Shown one piece after another: positions 10,243-19,989 of a DNA stretch of 64,000 nucleotides (position 1 is the stretch's first letter; the number at the start of each line of letters is the position of its first letter). A program made the position numbers and the translations under genes. This DNA is from Terriglobia bacterium (GTDB lineage Bacteria; Acidobacteriota; Terriglobia; JAJPHL01; JAPKYU01), in the NCBI GenBank assembly GCA_965218055.1, contig CBDCKA010000001.1, positions 840,953 to 904,952 on the forward strand, in the 5' to 3' direction. A model generated the notes under the pieces. It saw only the letters and a program-made list of their open reading frames with translations. It was not told where the DNA came from and did no database searches.

Positions 10243-11607
10243 ATGGCTACTAGCGACCCGGTCTTGGAAAAAGGATTACCGAGCAACCTGGATGCCGAAC
10301 GATCGGTTCTCGGCGCCATCCTGCTGGACAACTCCGCTTACAACTACGCCGCTGAACTGCTGATCGCCGACGATTTCTCGAGCGGTGGCCACCGGCGGAT
10401 CTTTGCGCGGATGGTGGCTCTGGGGGAAAGCGGGCGGCCCATCGACCCGGTCACGCTGACCGAGGAACTGCTGCGCACCAACGAACTGGAGGCGGCGGGA
10501 GGGGTAGCCTCCCTGTCGGCACTCACCGAGGGACTTCCGCGGGCGACCAACGTGGCGCACTACGCCCGCATCGTCAAAGACAAGGCGGTCCTGCGCCGCT
10601 TGGTTCACACCTCCAACAGTATTCTTCACGAAGCACTGGAAGCCTCCGAGGATCCCGCCGACATCCTGGGGCGCGCCGAAAGCGCCATGCTGGCGGTCGG
10701 CGAAGACCGCGACCGCGAGGGGCTGACGACCCTAGGCGAGGTCTTCAAGAAGACCTACCGCTCGCTGGACGATCTGCTGGACCGCGGTAGCCGTATCACC
10801 GGCCTGACCACCGGATTCCGCCGGTTCGACGACCTGACCTGCGGGCTGCAGTCGAACGACCTGATCCTGGTGGCGGCGCGTCCGAGCATGGGCAAGACCG
10901 CCTGGGCGCTGTCGGTGACCCTGCACGTCGCAGCCAAACTTTTCCCTCCCCGCACCGTCGGCATCTTCAGCCTGGAGATGAGCAAGGAGGCGCTGTTGAT
11001 TCGCCTGCTGTGCGCGGAGGCCAAGGTGGACTCGCACAAGTTCCGCTCTGGCTTCCTCAACAAGGAGGAGATGCAACGGCTGGCTCAGGCTATGGGCCGG
11101 TTGGCCCAGGCACCCATCTACATTGACGACACCCCCGGCCTCCGCCTCCAGGAGATGCACGCCAAAGCGCGGCGGCTGAAGAAGGAGCACGGTTTGGCCC
11201 TCGTCGTGCTCGATTACATCCAGCTGATGAACGCACCGAGGGCGGAAAACCGTAACCAGGAGATTTCGGCGCTGTCGCGGGGGCTGAAAGCGCTGGCGAA
11301 GGACCTGGAGGTGCCGCTGCTGGCGCTCTCGCAGCTTTCCCGCGCTCCCGAACATCGCGGGCAGGAGCACCACCCGCAGCTGGCCGATCTGCGCGATAGT
11401 GGCTCGCTCGAGCAGGACGCCGACCTGGTGGCCTTCCTCTATCGCAAAGACTACTACCTGAGGATGGCCGGCCAGGAGGTGCCCGACGACGTCGCGGGGC
11501 GGGCGGAACTGATCATCGCCAAGCAACGCAATGGCCCCACCGATAGGGTGCCCCTTGCCTTCCTGGATCGCTTCGCGCGGTTTGACAACATCGCCGAGGG
11601 CTTTTAA
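10243..11607 (+). CDS. dnaB: replicative DNA helicase DnaB
   Basis: 454 aa. N-terminus LPSNLDAERSVLGAILLDN, Walker A ARPSMGKTA and the rest are typical DnaB. Confidence 0.95.
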   Translation: MATSDPVLEKGLPSNLDAERSVLGAILLDNSAYNYAAELLIADDFSSGGHRRIFARMVALGESGRPIDPVTLTEELLRTNELEAAGGVASLSALTEGLPRATNVAHYARIVKDKAVLRRLVHTSNSILHEALEASEDPADILGRAESAMLAVGEDRDREGLTTLGEVFKKTYRSLDDLLDRGSRITGLTTGFRRFDDLTCGLQSNDLILVAARPSMGKTAWALSVTLHVAAKLFPPRTVGIFSLEMSKEALLIRLLCAEAKVDSHKFRSGFLNKEEMQRLAQAMGRLAQAPIYIDDTPGLRLQEMHAKARRLKKEHGLALVVLDYIQLMNAPRAENRNQEISALSRGLKALAKDLEVPLLALSQLSRAPEHRGQEHHPQLADLRDSGSLEQDADLVAFLYRKDYYLRMAGQEVPDDVAGRAELIIAKQRNGPTDRVPLAFLDRFARFDNIAEGF

Positions 11608-11629
11608 GCCGGCGTGGTAGGATCGCCAC

Positions 11630-12742
11630 ATGTTGGGCCGTCGCAGCTGGGCTGAGGTTTCGCTCGCCCGCCTGCGCTCCAATTTCCAGGCGCTCCGCGC
11701 TCTGGTGGGACCCAAGATCCAGATCCTGGCGGTGCTGAAGGCAGACGCCTACGGCCACGGCTCGGTCGAGGTGGCGGGGGCGCTTGCCGAGGAGGGAGCC
11801 GACTGGTTCGGCGTCACCTGCGCTGCCGAGGCGCTGCCGTTGCGGCAGGCCGGACTCACCCAGCCGATCCTACTGTTCAGCGGCTTCTGGCCGGGCGAGG
11901 AAGAGCTTCTGCTCGACCAACGCCTAACCCCCACAGTGTTTGCCGAGCAACATCTGCGGATGCTCGACGCCTGCGCTCGAAAGCGCGGCGTCCGCCTGCC
12001 TGTTCATCTCAAAGTGGATACCGGAATGGCGCGCTTGGGCATCGCCGCCGCTGAGCTGGCCCCGTTTCTGGCGCTTCTGCGCACCTGCACGCATCTCCAG
12101 CTTGAAGGCCTCTATACCCACATGGCCTCGGCCGAGGAGCCGTCGCTCGAGCAGACCCGCCAGCAACTAGAGTTGTTCGGTAGCATCCAACGGCAGGTGA
12201 AAGAGGTAGGCTTCCACCCGCCCCACATCCATCTAGCCAACAGCACGGCACTGGCCCGCTGCCCCGAATCCTGGGGGACCATGGTGCGGCCGGGGTTGGC
12301 CCTCTACGGCTATCAGCTCTGTGAATCGACGCTGCAGCTGGCGCCGGTGCTGAGCCTGAAGTCGCGCGTGCTAGCCCTGCGATGGGTGCCAAAGGGGACG
12401 GCCGTGGGCTACGGCGCCAGCTACGTGGCGCCGGCCCGGGCGCGGATTGCCACCGTGGGCGCCGGTTATGCCGAGGGTGTCAACCGCGCCCTGTCTAGCC
12501 GCGGCCGCGCTCTGGTGCGCGGCTGCTTCGCCCCGCTGGTGGGCCGCGTCACCATGGACTACACGCTGCTGGATGTGACCGCCATCCCCAACGTCGAGGT
12601 AGGGGATGAGGTGGTGTTCATCGGCTGCCAGGGTGCGGCGGAGATCACCGCTGCCGAAATTGCCGAGTGCGCCGGGACAATCCCTTACGAGATCCTCTGC
12701 AACATCGGCCCCCGCGTCCCCCACCTCTACCTTCCCTCTTGA
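11630..12742 (+). CDS. alr: alanine racemase
   Basis: 370 aa. PLP-lysine motif AVLKADAYGHG and alanine-racemase C-terminal domain. Confidence 0.9.
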   Translation: MLGRRSWAEVSLARLRSNFQALRALVGPKIQILAVLKADAYGHGSVEVAGALAEEGADWFGVTCAAEALPLRQAGLTQPILLFSGFWPGEEELLLDQRLTPTVFAEQHLRMLDACARKRGVRLPVHLKVDTGMARLGIAAAELAPFLALLRTCTHLQLEGLYTHMASAEEPSLEQTRQQLELFGSIQRQVKEVGFHPPHIHLANSTALARCPESWGTMVRPGLALYGYQLCESTLQLAPVLSLKSRVLALRWVPKGTAVGYGASYVAPARARIATVGAGYAEGVNRALSSRGRALVRGCFAPLVGRVTMDYTLLDVTAIPNVEVGDEVVFIGCQGAAEITAAEIAECAGTIPYEILCNIGPRVPHLYLPS

Positions 12743-13016
12743 CTGGCTGCCAGACCGCGTTCGTCGTAATCTCGGAAACTCTAACCAACCACTTACATTT
12801 GATCGTCCGCGTCCGGATGCTCCCCGAAGCCTGGATTAGTCGTGTGACAACGACTTGTTACGTCCCGACGGGAGTCGCCGCTGGCGCCGCCTCGCCCCTA
12901 GAATCAGGCCCTTAGAATGAGGTTGGTGCGGTGTTATACTGAAGCTTAGAACTGCAAGCCATTTCATAACGAAAGTTTCGGCCTGCGTTTCAGCGCCGGA
13001 ACGGAAAGGACTTATT

Positions 13017-14129
13017 GTGCTTGATCTGGCGATTGGAAGGGCAGTGTTCACCGCTGTCCTGACCGCCGCTTCCTACTATTTCCGTCCTTTTGGGCTCGGC
13101 GCGGAGTCTGCTTTACTTGTGGGGCTGGCGCTTTCGGCGGCTATCATCAGTGTTGAAATTCGATTGAGGCGCGCCACCCTGACCCGGCTGATCGGTGCGT
13201 CGGTGGGTTCTACGTTGGGAATCCTTGGTGCTTTCCTAATCAGCCTGGTGATCGGCCACAGCGTGAACGAGCCCACCACGAGGTCCTTCCTGCAGGTGAT
13301 GACGCTCCTGCTGATGGGCTACGTGGGACTGGTCGTGGGAGCGAGTAAAGGCGATTTGCTGAACCTAGCCGCCTTGGGAGATCTGTTTCGTGGCGAGAAA
13401 CCGGCCAAGAAATCTCTTAAGGTGCTGGACACCAGCGTGATCATTGACGGCCGCATCGCCGACATCTGCGAGACCGGTTTCGTGGACGGCGTCCTGGTGA
13501 TCCCGCAGTTTGTGCTGCGCGAGCTGCAACTGGTAGCCGACTCGGCCGACTCCCTGAAGCGCAACCGTGGCCGGCGGGGTCTAGATGTGCTGCAACACAT
13601 CCAGAAGATGGCCCAGCTCGAGGTGCAGATCGTCGAGGACGACTTCCCGAGCATCCGCGATGTGGACATGAAGCTGATCGAACTGGCCAAGAGGTACGAG
13701 GCCAAAATTGTCACCAACGACTTCAACCTGAACAAGGTGGCCCATCTGCAGGGCGTCCCGGTGTTGAACATCAACGAGCTGGCAAATTCCCTGAAGCCGA
13801 TTGTTTTGCCAGGGGAGGCCATGCGGCTGTTCATCCTGAAAGAAGGCAAGGAGTACAACCAGGGAGTGGCTTATCTGGACGACGGGACGATGGTCGTGGT
13901 GGACAATGCCAGGAAGATGATCAGCAAGACCATCGACATCACCGTCACCTCCGTGCTGCAAACTACGGCTGGCAAGATGATCTTTGGCAAGTACGACGAG
14001 CGGGCGCAGCACCGCCAAGCGCCCGCAGCCGGCCCGGAAAGCTCCGGAGCGGCCTACCCGTCCGGATCCGGGGGCCGTCCTCATCAACGCGAGCGTCGCG
14101 AAGCTACAGGTCTGTCGGAACGACTGTGA
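13017..14129 (+). CDS. PIN/TRAM-domain membrane protein (YacL-like)
   Basis: 370 aa. N-terminal TM helices, PIN domain (VLDTSVIIDGRI...VIPQFVLRELQ), TRAM-like C-terminus. Stop overlaps the ispD start. Confidence 0.8.
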   Translation: MLDLAIGRAVFTAVLTAASYYFRPFGLGAESALLVGLALSAAIISVEIRLRRATLTRLIGASVGSTLGILGAFLISLVIGHSVNEPTTRSFLQVMTLLLMGYVGLVVGASKGDLLNLAALGDLFRGEKPAKKSLKVLDTSVIIDGRIADICETGFVDGVLVIPQFVLRELQLVADSADSLKRNRGRRGLDVLQHIQKMAQLEVQIVEDDFPSIRDVDMKLIELAKRYEAKIVTNDFNLNKVAHLQGVPVLNINELANSLKPIVLPGEAMRLFILKEGKEYNQGVAYLDDGTMVVVDNARKMISKTIDITVTSVLQTTAGKMIFGKYDERAQHRQAPAAGPESSGAAYPSGSGGRPHQRERREATGLSERL

Positions 14130-14887
14130 TAGCCGCTGCGATCATTCCAGCAGCGGGAATCGGGACGCGGATGGCGTTGATGGCTGGGGCCGCAGCTCGC
14201 GCTGGACTGCCGCGTGCGGGCGTGGAGGTGGCCGCCGGTTCCCCCCGCAAACAATTCCTGCTGCTGGACGGCGTCCCGATCCTGATCTATACCCTGCGGA
14301 AGTTCGCAGCCTGCCGGCTGGTCGGGCGGATCTACGTGGCGGTCCGATCTGAAGACCAGGGCGTCTTTGTGCCCGCCCTGGAGCGTGAGCCCTTCGCCGG
14401 GCAGGTGGAAGTGGTTCCTGGCGGCGACTACCGGCAGGAATCGGTGGAAAACTGCTTGCTGTGTCTCCCGCCAGATACCGGCTTGGTAGCGGTGCACGAC
14501 GCCGTGCGCCCTTTCGTTGAAGTCAGCGCCATCGAGCGCGTGATCCAGGAGGGGGAAAAGACCGGGGCCGCCATCCTCGGTATCCCCAGCGTGGATACGG
14601 TGAAGCAGATCGAGCGAACCCGGGTGATGGGAACGATCCCTCGCGAGCGGATCGTTCTGGCCCAGACGCCGCAGGTGTTCCGCTACGCGCTGTTGAAGCA
14701 GGCTTTCGAGCGGGCAGCGGAGGATGGCTTCCAGGCCACCGATGAGGCCAGTCTGGTGGAGCACCTGGGCGCTGAAGTGAGCGTGGTCATGGGATCGGAC
14801 CGCAACATCAAGATCACCAAGCCCGGCGACCTGGAACTGGCCCGCCTGTTCCTGGCCGAGGAGCGCGCTCGCGCCAGTCTGGCCTGA
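14126..14887 (+). CDS. ispD: 2-C-methyl-D-erythritol 4-phosphate cytidylyltransferase
   Basis: 253 aa. MIAAAIIPAAGIGTRM...LLDGVPIL IspD motifs. Carries an unusual Ala/Gly-rich insertion after the P-loop. Confidence 0.88.
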   Translation: MIAAAIIPAAGIGTRMALMAGAAARAGLPRAGVEVAAGSPRKQFLLLDGVPILIYTLRKFAACRLVGRIYVAVRSEDQGVFVPALEREPFAGQVEVVPGGDYRQESVENCLLCLPPDTGLVAVHDAVRPFVEVSAIERVIQEGEKTGAAILGIPSVDTVKQIERTRVMGTIPRERIVLAQTPQVFRYALLKQAFERAAEDGFQATDEASLVEHLGAEVSVVMGSDRNIKITKPGDLELARLFLAEERARASLA

Positions 14888-14901
14888 AGTTGGCTCCCGC
14901 C

Positions 14902-15381
14902 ATGATTCGCGTGGGAATCGGCTACGACTCGCACCGGTTGGTGGAAGGGCGCAAGCTCATCCTGGGCCTGGTGGAAATTCCCTTTGAGCGCGGCCTGGCA
15001 GGGCACAGCGACGGCGATGTGCTTTCCCATGCCATTGCCGACGCGCTGCTGGGCGCCGCCGGGTTGGGCGACATGGGCCGCCATTTTCCCGACACCGACC
15101 CCGCTTTCCGCGGAGCCTCCAGCACCCTGTTCCTCTCCAAGGTCCTTGACCTGCTGGCTGGGAAGGGCTACCGCCCGGCGGCGGTGGACACGGTGGTGAT
15201 CTTGGAGCGTCCCCGGCTGGCCCCGCACCAACAGGCCATTCGTTCTGCGCTGGCCGCCGCTCTGCGTCTGGCTCCGGAGAACGTCAACATCAAGGCCAAA
15301 ACGGCGGAGGGCCTGGGCGAAATTGGGCGGGGAGAAGCAGCCGCAGCGCAGGCTGTGGCCGTGATTGAACTACTTCCCTAA
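14902..15381 (+). CDS. ispF: 2-C-methyl-D-erythritol 2,4-cyclodiphosphate synthase
   Basis: Within ORF 14890..15381. MIRVGIGYDSHRL...GHSDGDVLSHAI IspF signature. Adjacent to ispD. Confidence 0.9.
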   Translation: MIRVGIGYDSHRLVEGRKLILGLVEIPFERGLAGHSDGDVLSHAIADALLGAAGLGDMGRHFPDTDPAFRGASSTLFLSKVLDLLAGKGYRPAAVDTVVILERPRLAPHQQAIRSALAAALRLAPENVNIKAKTAEGLGEIGRGEAAAAQAVAVIELLP

Positions 15382-15472
15382 GCGCAGCGCTCGGGGCGAC
15401 TTCCGTGCGCTTTGGGCGCACCTCCCACGCCCCCGCCGGGACTACGGATGCTCAGGTGGCCACGCCCGTCCC

Positions 15473-16549
15473 TCACGGCGGGATATCGCCGAAATCGATC
15501 TTGGTGTCGGCGGTGTAGCGCCTGTATTGGCGGAACTGAATCTCGTTGCGGGTGGTGACCCGTCCGTCGTCCATCTCCATCACGGCGCGCACCGGAAGCA
15601 GGAAGGAACGCCCGGAAATGGTGGCGTAGTCGTAGTCCAGAGTGGAGGAGGCGGCGCGGATGGGAAAGCCAGCGGGCATTCCCTCAGCTTCGATGGAGAG
15701 ACGCAGTACCTGGTGTTTTTCCGCATCCACCACGACTCGGCCCCGGTAGGGGGGGATAATGGTTTCCTCCTTGTTCCAGGTGATACGCCAGCTGGAGCGG
15801 TCCTTGGCCACGCGGTAGTCGTAGGTGTAGACCGGACGTCCGCGGAGAGAAGCTGGCCCTACATAGGCGAAGCGCGTCTGGGTCTCCGGCAGGAACAGGT
15901 TGTGGAGCAGGCTGCCAAACTCGCCGGTGGAGATGGCGCCGCCCAGAGACTCATAGCTGCGGTTGGTGAGCTGGTCATTGATGGTCACCAACTGGTAGCT
16001 TTCCTGGCGCTCATAATAGGCCAGCCGCGCTTGAACGACGTCCTGGGTCCTCCAATAGCCCCTGCCGTTCAGGTCCACCAGGCGCTTGGTGACCTGCACA
16101 CAGATGAAGTTGGGCAGCTTGTCAGTGTATTGGAGGGCATTTTGACGCACGGACTCCAGCAGGCGGGTCTGCTCCGGGAGATCAAGAGGTGGAGGCTTGG
16201 GGCCCACGATGGGGGCCGGCGCCGGGCGGGCGCCACCGCCGCGATGCTTTAATTCCTCGGCGGCCTTATCCAGGGCCTCCAGCAACGGTGCGCCGGCTCC
16301 CTCTTTTTTCAGTTTCTTGCGGATGGACTTGGTGAGCAAGAATCCGATCCCGCGCCTCTGGACCATTTCCAGCACCTGCTGAGCGCTGAACAGACCCTTG
16401 GATCGAACCATGCGGAACAGTTCGTCCCGGCCGATCGGTGGGCCTGGGCTTTCCTGCTCCGCAGGCACGGCCTGGGGCGCTAGAAGCAGGAGGGTCAACA
16501 ACAGAGGAACCACAGCATCTCTAGGATACCACCGTTTGTGGGCAGGCAT
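15473..16549 (-). CDS. secreted hypothetical protein
   Basis: Within ORF 15473..16594. Start taken at MPAHKRWYPRDAVVPLLLTLLLLAPQAVPA (signal peptide). No family recognised. Confidence 0.55.
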   Translation of the reverse strand: MPAHKRWYPRDAVVPLLLTLLLLAPQAVPAEQESPGPPIGRDELFRMVRSKGLFSAQQVLEMVQRRGIGFLLTKSIRKKLKKEGAGAPLLEALDKAAEELKHRGGGARPAPAPIVGPKPPPLDLPEQTRLLESVRQNALQYTDKLPNFICVQVTKRLVDLNGRGYWRTQDVVQARLAYYERQESYQLVTINDQLTNRSYESLGGAISTGEFGSLLHNLFLPETQTRFAYVGPASLRGRPVYTYDYRVAKDRSSWRITWNKEETIIPPYRGRVVVDAEKHQVLRLSIEAEGMPAGFPIRAASSTLDYDYATISGRSFLLPVRAVMEMDDGRVTTRNEIQFRQYRRYTADTKIDFGDIPP

Positions 16550-16626
16550 AGGCGCGCCTCGGACCTTGGAGCCGTTGACGCCCTGTGCCCGCAATCATAA
16601 GATTCCTTCGTTGGGCAAGGATACGA

Positions 16627-17499
16627 ATGCCCCCATGGATTCGTGAACCAATGATCCGAGTTTCTACCATCAGGTATCTGAACACGGTGCCACTCATCTG
16701 GAGCCTGCAGCGGCAGCGTTCTGACAAGCTGGAACTCAACTTCACTGTGCCCTCGCAATGTGCTGAGCAGGTCGCCTGCGGGCGGGCCGACGTGGGTCTG
16801 ATTCCCTCCATCGAGTACGCGCGAATTCCCGGGCTGGCGGTGCTGGCAGGTCCGGCGATCGCCAGCCGCACGCAGGTGCGCAGCATCCTGCTCCTGTCGG
16901 CCGGCTCGCTGGAGAAGATTCAGAGCGTGGCCGCCGACACCTCCTCGCGGACCACGGTGGCTCTGGCCGATCTGTTGTTGCGCTGCCGCTACGGCACCCG
17001 CGTCGAGATGGTGCCCTGCGCTCCCAGGCCAGCCAGCATGTTGAAGCGATGCGATGCCGCGGTCCTGATCGGCGACCGTGCGCTACGCTACGGGCTGCGG
17101 CCCCTGCCCGGCATCCACGCGGTGGACCTGGTGGCCGAATGGCGGGCCTGGACTGGCCTGCCGTTTGTGTTCGCCTTCTGGGCGGCCCGGCAGGAGGTCG
17201 CCGGCCCGGAACTGGCCCAGCTATTCCTGGAGGCCCGCCAGCAGGGCTTGGCCGCGATCCCGCAGATTGTTCGTGAGGAGGCACGCCGCCGCGGCCTGCC
17301 GAAATCTCTGGTATCGGAATACCTCTGTCGCAATCTCTGCTACGATATGGACGCGGAGTGCAGGGCGGGCTTGGATCGCTTTTACCACCTGGCGGCCGAG
17401 CACGGCCTCATTCCGAGCGCGCCCCGCCTGCACCTAATGCCGCCGGAGAGCGGGTCGCGCGAGGCGGCGTACTCGGCCCTCTCGGAGAAGACCCCATGA
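16627..17499 (+). CDS. MqnA/MqnD-family menaquinone (futalosine pathway) biosynthesis protein
   Basis: Within ORF 16585..17499. IRYLNTVPLIW motif of the MqnA/MqnD periplasmic-binding-like family. AAGGA RBS before the ATG at 16627; the alternative ATG at 16651 is also possible. Confidence 0.7.
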   Translation: MPPWIREPMIRVSTIRYLNTVPLIWSLQRQRSDKLELNFTVPSQCAEQVACGRADVGLIPSIEYARIPGLAVLAGPAIASRTQVRSILLLSAGSLEKIQSVAADTSSRTTVALADLLLRCRYGTRVEMVPCAPRPASMLKRCDAAVLIGDRALRYGLRPLPGIHAVDLVAEWRAWTGLPFVFAFWAARQEVAGPELAQLFLEARQQGLAAIPQIVREEARRRGLPKSLVSEYLCRNLCYDMDAECRAGLDRFYHLAAEHGLIPSAPRLHLMPPESGSREAAYSALSEKTP

Positions 17500-18527
17500 C
17501 GGAAGCCGAAGCCCTGGATCTGTTTCATAGCGATGACCTGATCGGGCTCGGCCTGGCGGCCGACGCCGTGCGTCGCCGCTTGCACCCGGACGGCGTCGTC
17601 ACCTATCTGATTGACCGCAACATCAACTACACCAACCTTTGCACCGAATACTGTTCCTTCTGCGCCTTTTACCGCCCGATGGACTCCAGCGAAGGCTACC
17701 TGCTGTCCGAGGAGACGATGTTTCAGAAGATCCAGGAAACGCTGGCTCTGGGCGGGACCGGCATCCTGATGCAGGGGGGTCTGCACCGCGACCTGAAAAT
17801 CGAGTGGTACCAGGAGTTGTTGTCGGCTATCCGGCGGCGTTTCCCGAGCGTGCACCTGCACTGCTTCTCAGCCCCGGAAATCTTGAACATTGCCGAGATC
17901 AGCGGGCTGACGATCGGCGACACGATCGCCCGGCTTCGAGACTCGGGGCTGGATTCCATCCCGGGCGGCGGAGCCGAAATCCTGGACGCCGAGGTGCGGC
18001 GGCGCATCAGCCGGCTGAAGTGCACCACCGAGGAGTGGCTCGAAGTGCACCGCACTGCGCACGCGCTCGGCTTGCGCACTACGGCCACCATGATGTTCGG
18101 CTGCGGCGAAACCTACGCGCACCGCGTCCGCCACTTTCTGCGCATCCGGCAGTTGCAGCAGGACACCGGCGGGTTCACGGCCTTCATCCCCTGGATGTTC
18201 CAGCGCACCAACACCTCGCTGGGCCGCTTCATCAAAGAAGAAGCCACCGCAGTCGAGTATCTGAAAACGCTGGCCATCGCCCGCCTGTTCCTGGACAACA
18301 TCGACAACGTGCAGGCTTCGTGGCTGACACCCGGCCTGAAGCTGGGACAGATTGCCCTGCGCTTTGGCGGCAATGATCTGGGCAGCATCCTGATCGAGGA
18401 AAATGTTGTTTCCGCTGCCGGCTGCGTGAACCGCACCAATGAAGAAGAGCTGCGCCGCGTCGTCCGCGATGCTGGTTTTCGGCCGGTGCAGCGCGACACG
18501 CTCTACCGCGTCTATTTCCTGAAATGA
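17496..18527 (+). CDS. radical SAM menaquinone biosynthesis enzyme (MqnC/MqnE family)
   Basis: Within ORF 17358..18527. Start MTEAEALDLF overlaps the upstream stop (ATGA). CTEYCSFCAF radical-SAM cysteine triad. The family typically pairs with mqnA. Confidence 0.8.
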   Translation: MTEAEALDLFHSDDLIGLGLAADAVRRRLHPDGVVTYLIDRNINYTNLCTEYCSFCAFYRPMDSSEGYLLSEETMFQKIQETLALGGTGILMQGGLHRDLKIEWYQELLSAIRRRFPSVHLHCFSAPEILNIAEISGLTIGDTIARLRDSGLDSIPGGGAEILDAEVRRRISRLKCTTEEWLEVHRTAHALGLRTTATMMFGCGETYAHRVRHFLRIRQLQQDTGGFTAFIPWMFQRTNTSLGRFIKEEATAVEYLKTLAIARLFLDNIDNVQASWLTPGLKLGQIALRFGGNDLGSILIEENVVSAAGCVNRTNEEELRRVVRDAGFRPVQRDTLYRVYFLK

Positions 18528-19219
18528 ACAGGAGACAGGTCCGTTTCCAGTCCCTCAGTCTTCCATCGGGGTTGGCCTCGGCGCTGGCCCTGAGTTTCCT
18601 GCTGCTGTCTCCGCTAGTGCCACCCGAACTCCGGGGCCAGAAACCGGGTACCGGCAAAGAAGTCACGGCGTGGAAATACAAGCACCTGGTCGTGGTAGTC
18701 CACAATTCCGGCGCCCACCGGCGCGCGGCGCTCTACTGCGTTGATATCCTGAACCAGCTGGCGAGGGTCAAACCGCCTCTAGTGCCGGTCAGCATGTTTG
18801 GGTTTGAGGAAGAGTTCCAGCAACTGGAAGGGGGACGCTTTGCCCGCAAAGTCCGTCTGCTCCTGCCCGATACGACCAGCGCCGACGCCGTCCGCGAGGC
18901 GGCCGATGATCTGGTGTTCCATGGTCCCTCTCCGGTGTATGACGCCGTGGACACCGCTTTGAATGCTGCAAGTGAGCACCCTGAGGCCGCCGTGCTGCTG
19001 CTGTCGAACGGGATTGACAATGCCAGCGACGCTTCGTTTAAGGATCTGGCTCGGCGCGCGAAGAAGACTGGCGTGCCCATCCTCGCAATTTACCTTTCCA
19101 CCAACCCGCCGCAAAAAGGTCCCTCCCGCATGCGCCGTCTGGCCAAGGTGTCCGGCGGCCGCTTCATTGACGCGACCGCCCAAGATAACTGGCAGCAACT
19201 GCTGGCCGCGTTGCGCTGA
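18524..19219 (+). CDS. secreted VWA-like domain protein, hypothetical
   Basis: 231 aa. ATGA overlap with the upstream gene. Signal peptide, then a VWA-like fold pattern (HLVVVVHNSG...LLLSNGIDNAS...GVPILAIYL). Confidence 0.5.
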   Translation: MNRRQVRFQSLSLPSGLASALALSFLLLSPLVPPELRGQKPGTGKEVTAWKYKHLVVVVHNSGAHRRAALYCVDILNQLARVKPPLVPVSMFGFEEEFQQLEGGRFARKVRLLLPDTTSADAVREAADDLVFHGPSPVYDAVDTALNAASEHPEAAVLLLSNGIDNASDASFKDLARRAKKTGVPILAIYLSTNPPQKGPSRMRRLAKVSGGRFIDATAQDNWQQLLAALR

Positions 19220-19251
19220 CCAATTCTGTAGATTAGTCGGGAAGATAACTG

Positions 19252-19989
19252 CTACGGCTGGCCGCCGGTGGAGCCATCGCGGAGCTGGACAATGCGCCGG
19301 CGGAATTGTTCGGCGTCGACGGCGTCCGGATTCCCCCGCAGGTACCACTCCAGCACCTGCGCTTCCTGAAGCGGCCGATTCCAACTTCTGTAGAGTCTGG
19401 CGAGGTGGAGGTGGACGGCCGTCAGCGTCCCTGCCTTCCGGTAGGCCATTGCGCGGTTGAAGGCAACTTCGGCCCGCTTCAGCTTGTTTTGCCGGAATAG
19501 CGCCCGACCCAGGTGAAAGTGGGCCCGAGGGTCTGCGTTATTGACCCCAACCGCTTTCCGCAGTACGGTGACCGCACGCTTCTCATGGCCCTGCGCCAGA
19601 AGCATGCGGCCCTGCATCGTGAGACAGCGCCAGGATCTGGAATGCTTCTTGAGACACCGCGCCAGCAGTTCGGTCGCTTCCTCGGTCCGCTGGTTCTGAA
19701 AATACGCCTCACTCAGCGCCTCCAGCGCCTGGCGATGCGTAGGATGACGCTTCAGGATACCCTCCAATGCTCGAATCCCGGCCTCCCGCTGGCCCCGGTT
19801 GATCAGGTCGGCCGCAGCTTTCACTTCGGGCAGCGGCGGACCGGGAGGCGGCCGATAAGTCCGCAAGCGTTCCTTCCCCAGCCGATTCGCAATTCCACCC
19901 ACTTGCGCAATCAGCCCAGGCGCCACCCACCCCAGGCACACCAACAATCCGCATGCTAGACAGAACCGAAACGCCCGCCCGTTAACCAT
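19252..19989 (-). CDS. TPR-repeat protein with N-terminal signal/anchor
   Basis: Within ORF 19252..20058. Start at MVNGRAFRFCLACGLLVCLGW. Multiple TPR-like helices follow (ALEALSEAYFQNQRTEEATELL...). Confidence 0.7.
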   Translation of the reverse strand: MVNGRAFRFCLACGLLVCLGWVAPGLIAQVGGIANRLGKERLRTYRPPPGPPLPEVKAAADLINRGQREAGIRALEGILKRHPTHRQALEALSEAYFQNQRTEEATELLARCLKKHSRSWRCLTMQGRMLLAQGHEKRAVTVLRKAVGVNNADPRAHFHLGRALFRQNKLKRAEVAFNRAMAYRKAGTLTAVHLHLARLYRSWNRPLQEAQVLEWYLRGNPDAVDAEQFRRRIVQLRDGSTGGQP

